Position numbers and translations under genes: made by a program
The notes under the pieces: model-generated
The model's database searches: none
What the model saw: the letters and a program-made list of their open reading frames with translations, nothing else
Told to the model about the DNA's origin: nothing
From: a virus
Lineage: Duplodnaviria > Heunggongvirae > Uroviricota > Caudoviricetes
Length of the DNA: 5,710 nt
Direction: 5' to 3' (one strand)
IMG/VR virus record: IMGVR_UViG_2651869755_000011
Location: 1 to 5,710 of that record
In this document: in pieces, positions 4,970 through 5,710 of the stretch
How the letters are laid out: each line of letters begins with the position of its first letter
Position numbering within the stretch: position 1 is the first letter of the stretch

Positions 4970-5623
4970 ATGAACGCAAAAATCAGATACGGCCTGTCGG
5001 CTGCCGTTCTGGCGCTGATTGCCGCTGGTGCGCCTGACATTCTCGACCAGTTTCTGGATGAAAAGGAAGGTAACCACACCACGGCATACCGTGATGGCGC
5101 GGGTATCTGGACCATCTGCCGCGGTGCCATCCTGGTGGATGGCAAACCTGTCGTTCCGGGCATGAAGTTGTCGAAGGAAAAATGCGACCGGGTTAACGCC
5201 ATTGAGCGTGATAAGGCGCTGGCATGGGTGGAGAAAAACATCAAAGTGCCATTGACCGAACCCCAGAAAGCGGGGATCGCGTCATTCTGTCCGTACAACA
5301 TTGGTCCCGGTAAGTGTTTCCCGTCGACGTTTTACAGACGAATTAATGCTGGCGATCGCAGGGGAGCATGTGAGGCGATTCGCTGGTGGATTAAGGACGG
5401 TGGCAGAGACTGCCGTATTCGTTCAAATAACTGCTATGGACAGGTCTCACGGCGTGACCAGGTGAACCGCCCCGGGTTTCCTGGAGAGTATTTTATCTGT
5501 GAACTCAGGCTGCCAGATCATCGTTTCCGATGGAAGCATAATAAGCTTTTTCTGCTTCTGCCGGAGGAGTATGGCCCAGCCTTTCCAGCAATCGTCGATT
5601 GTTATACCAGTCCACCCACGTGA
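4970..5623 (+). CDS. R: SAR-type phage endolysin (T4-lysozyme-like muramidase, phage 21 R type), 3' end disrupted by IS insertion: codons 1-164 (4970-5461) are native, the last 53 codons are IS-derived
   Basis: N-terminal signal-anchor-release segment MNAKIRYGLSAAVLALIAAGAP, catalytic E33/D42/T48 spacing (E-8x-D-5x-T) and overall similarity to phage 21 R. The frame runs straight from ...YGQVSRRDQ into the IS terminus TGAACCGCCCC at 5463. Family members are about 165-185 aa, so roughly 10-15 native C-terminal residues appear to be replaced. Confidence 0.8.
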   Translation: MNAKIRYGLSAAVLALIAAGAPDILDQFLDEKEGNHTTAYRDGAGIWTICRGAILVDGKPVVPGMKLSKEKCDRVNAIERDKALAWVEKNIKVPLTEPQKAGIASFCPYNIGPGKCFPSTFYRRINAGDRRGACEAIRWWIKDGGRDCRIRSNNCYGQVSRRDQVNRPGFPGEYFICELRLPDHRFRWKHNKLFLLLPEEYGPAFPAIVDCYTSPPT

Positions 5624-5710
5624 GTGTGGCCAGTTCCACTTCTGCACGGTTTTTCCAGCTCTTACGGTGTATTACCTCCGCTTTGTAAAGACCATTGATG
5701 CTCTCCGCCA
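5463..5710 (-). mobile_element. IS629/IS1203-like IS3-family element, right end only (continues beyond the window end), inserted into the endolysin gene
   Basis: Terminal inverted repeat TGAACCGCCCCGGGTTTCCTGGAGAGT at 5463-5489. The minus strand encodes the C-terminus of an IS3-family OrfB transposase ending LERLGHTPPAEAEKAYYASIGNDDLAA, which I recognise as IS629-like from memory. Confidence 0.85.
5505..5710 (-). CDS. IS3-family transposase OrfB, C-terminal fragment (5' part outside the window)
   Basis: Minus-strand translation AESINGLYKAEVIHRKSWKNRAEVELATLTWVDWYNNRRLLERLGHTPPAEAEKAYYASIGNDDLAA with stop codon at 5505-5507 (TGA on the minus strand). Confidence 0.85.
   Translation of the reverse strand, partial: AESINGLYKAEVIHRKSWKNRAEVELATLTWVDWYNNRRLLERLGHTPPAEAEKAYYASIGNDDLAA

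Noticed and set aside
4798-5301. 167-aa minus-strand ORF
   Set aside because: Largely antisense to the well-supported endolysin gene; no RBS noted.
250-5462. Composite transposon formed by the two flanking IS elements
   Set aside because: The flanking elements are different IS types (IS2 on the left, IS629-like on the right), and the right one sits inside a gene. Two independent insertions into a prophage are more likely than a mobilisable composite unit.
5447-5647. 66-aa minus-strand ORF across the IS junction
   Set aside because: It is in a different frame from the IS transposase (whose stop is at 5505-5507) and crosses the IS terminus into endolysin sequence; an artefact of the junction.
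1-5710. CRISPR array, rRNA genes, integrase or attachment site, Shiga toxin genes
   Set aside because: No regularly spaced direct repeats with unique spacers, no rRNA-like sequence, and no ORF with toxin, integrase or Cas features were seen on either strand.

Overview
This window is a decayed late-gene (lysis) region of a lambdoid prophage of the Escherichia coli / EHEC type, bracketed and damaged by two different IS3-family insertion sequences. All calls are from reading the sequence; no database search was run. Left to right: the left end of IS2 (1-249, minus orientation, with the 5' part of its OrfA/InsC gene); a short remnant with promoter-like and terminator-like signals (250-445); a 5'-truncated N6-adenine DNA methyltransferase remnant (451-783); three tRNA genes with anticodons CAU, UCG and UCU (833-1082); a roughly 1 kb noncoding, terminator-dense stretch containing a twice-repeated module of about 215-235 bp (1128-1829); a 617-aa NanS-p-like sialate O-acetylesterase (2058-3911); a 71-aa S21-type pinholin with an MYQM dual start (4062-4277); an unassigned 114-aa ORF translationally coupled to the holin (4282-4626); a possible 90-aa gene on the opposite strand (4592-4864); and a SAR-type endolysin (from 4970) whose 3' end is cut at 5462/5463 by an IS629/IS1203-like element that runs to the window end. 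No stx genes, CRISPR array or rRNA are present. The most interesting unexplained content is the duplicated noncoding module and the extra gene pair sitting between holin and endolysin.
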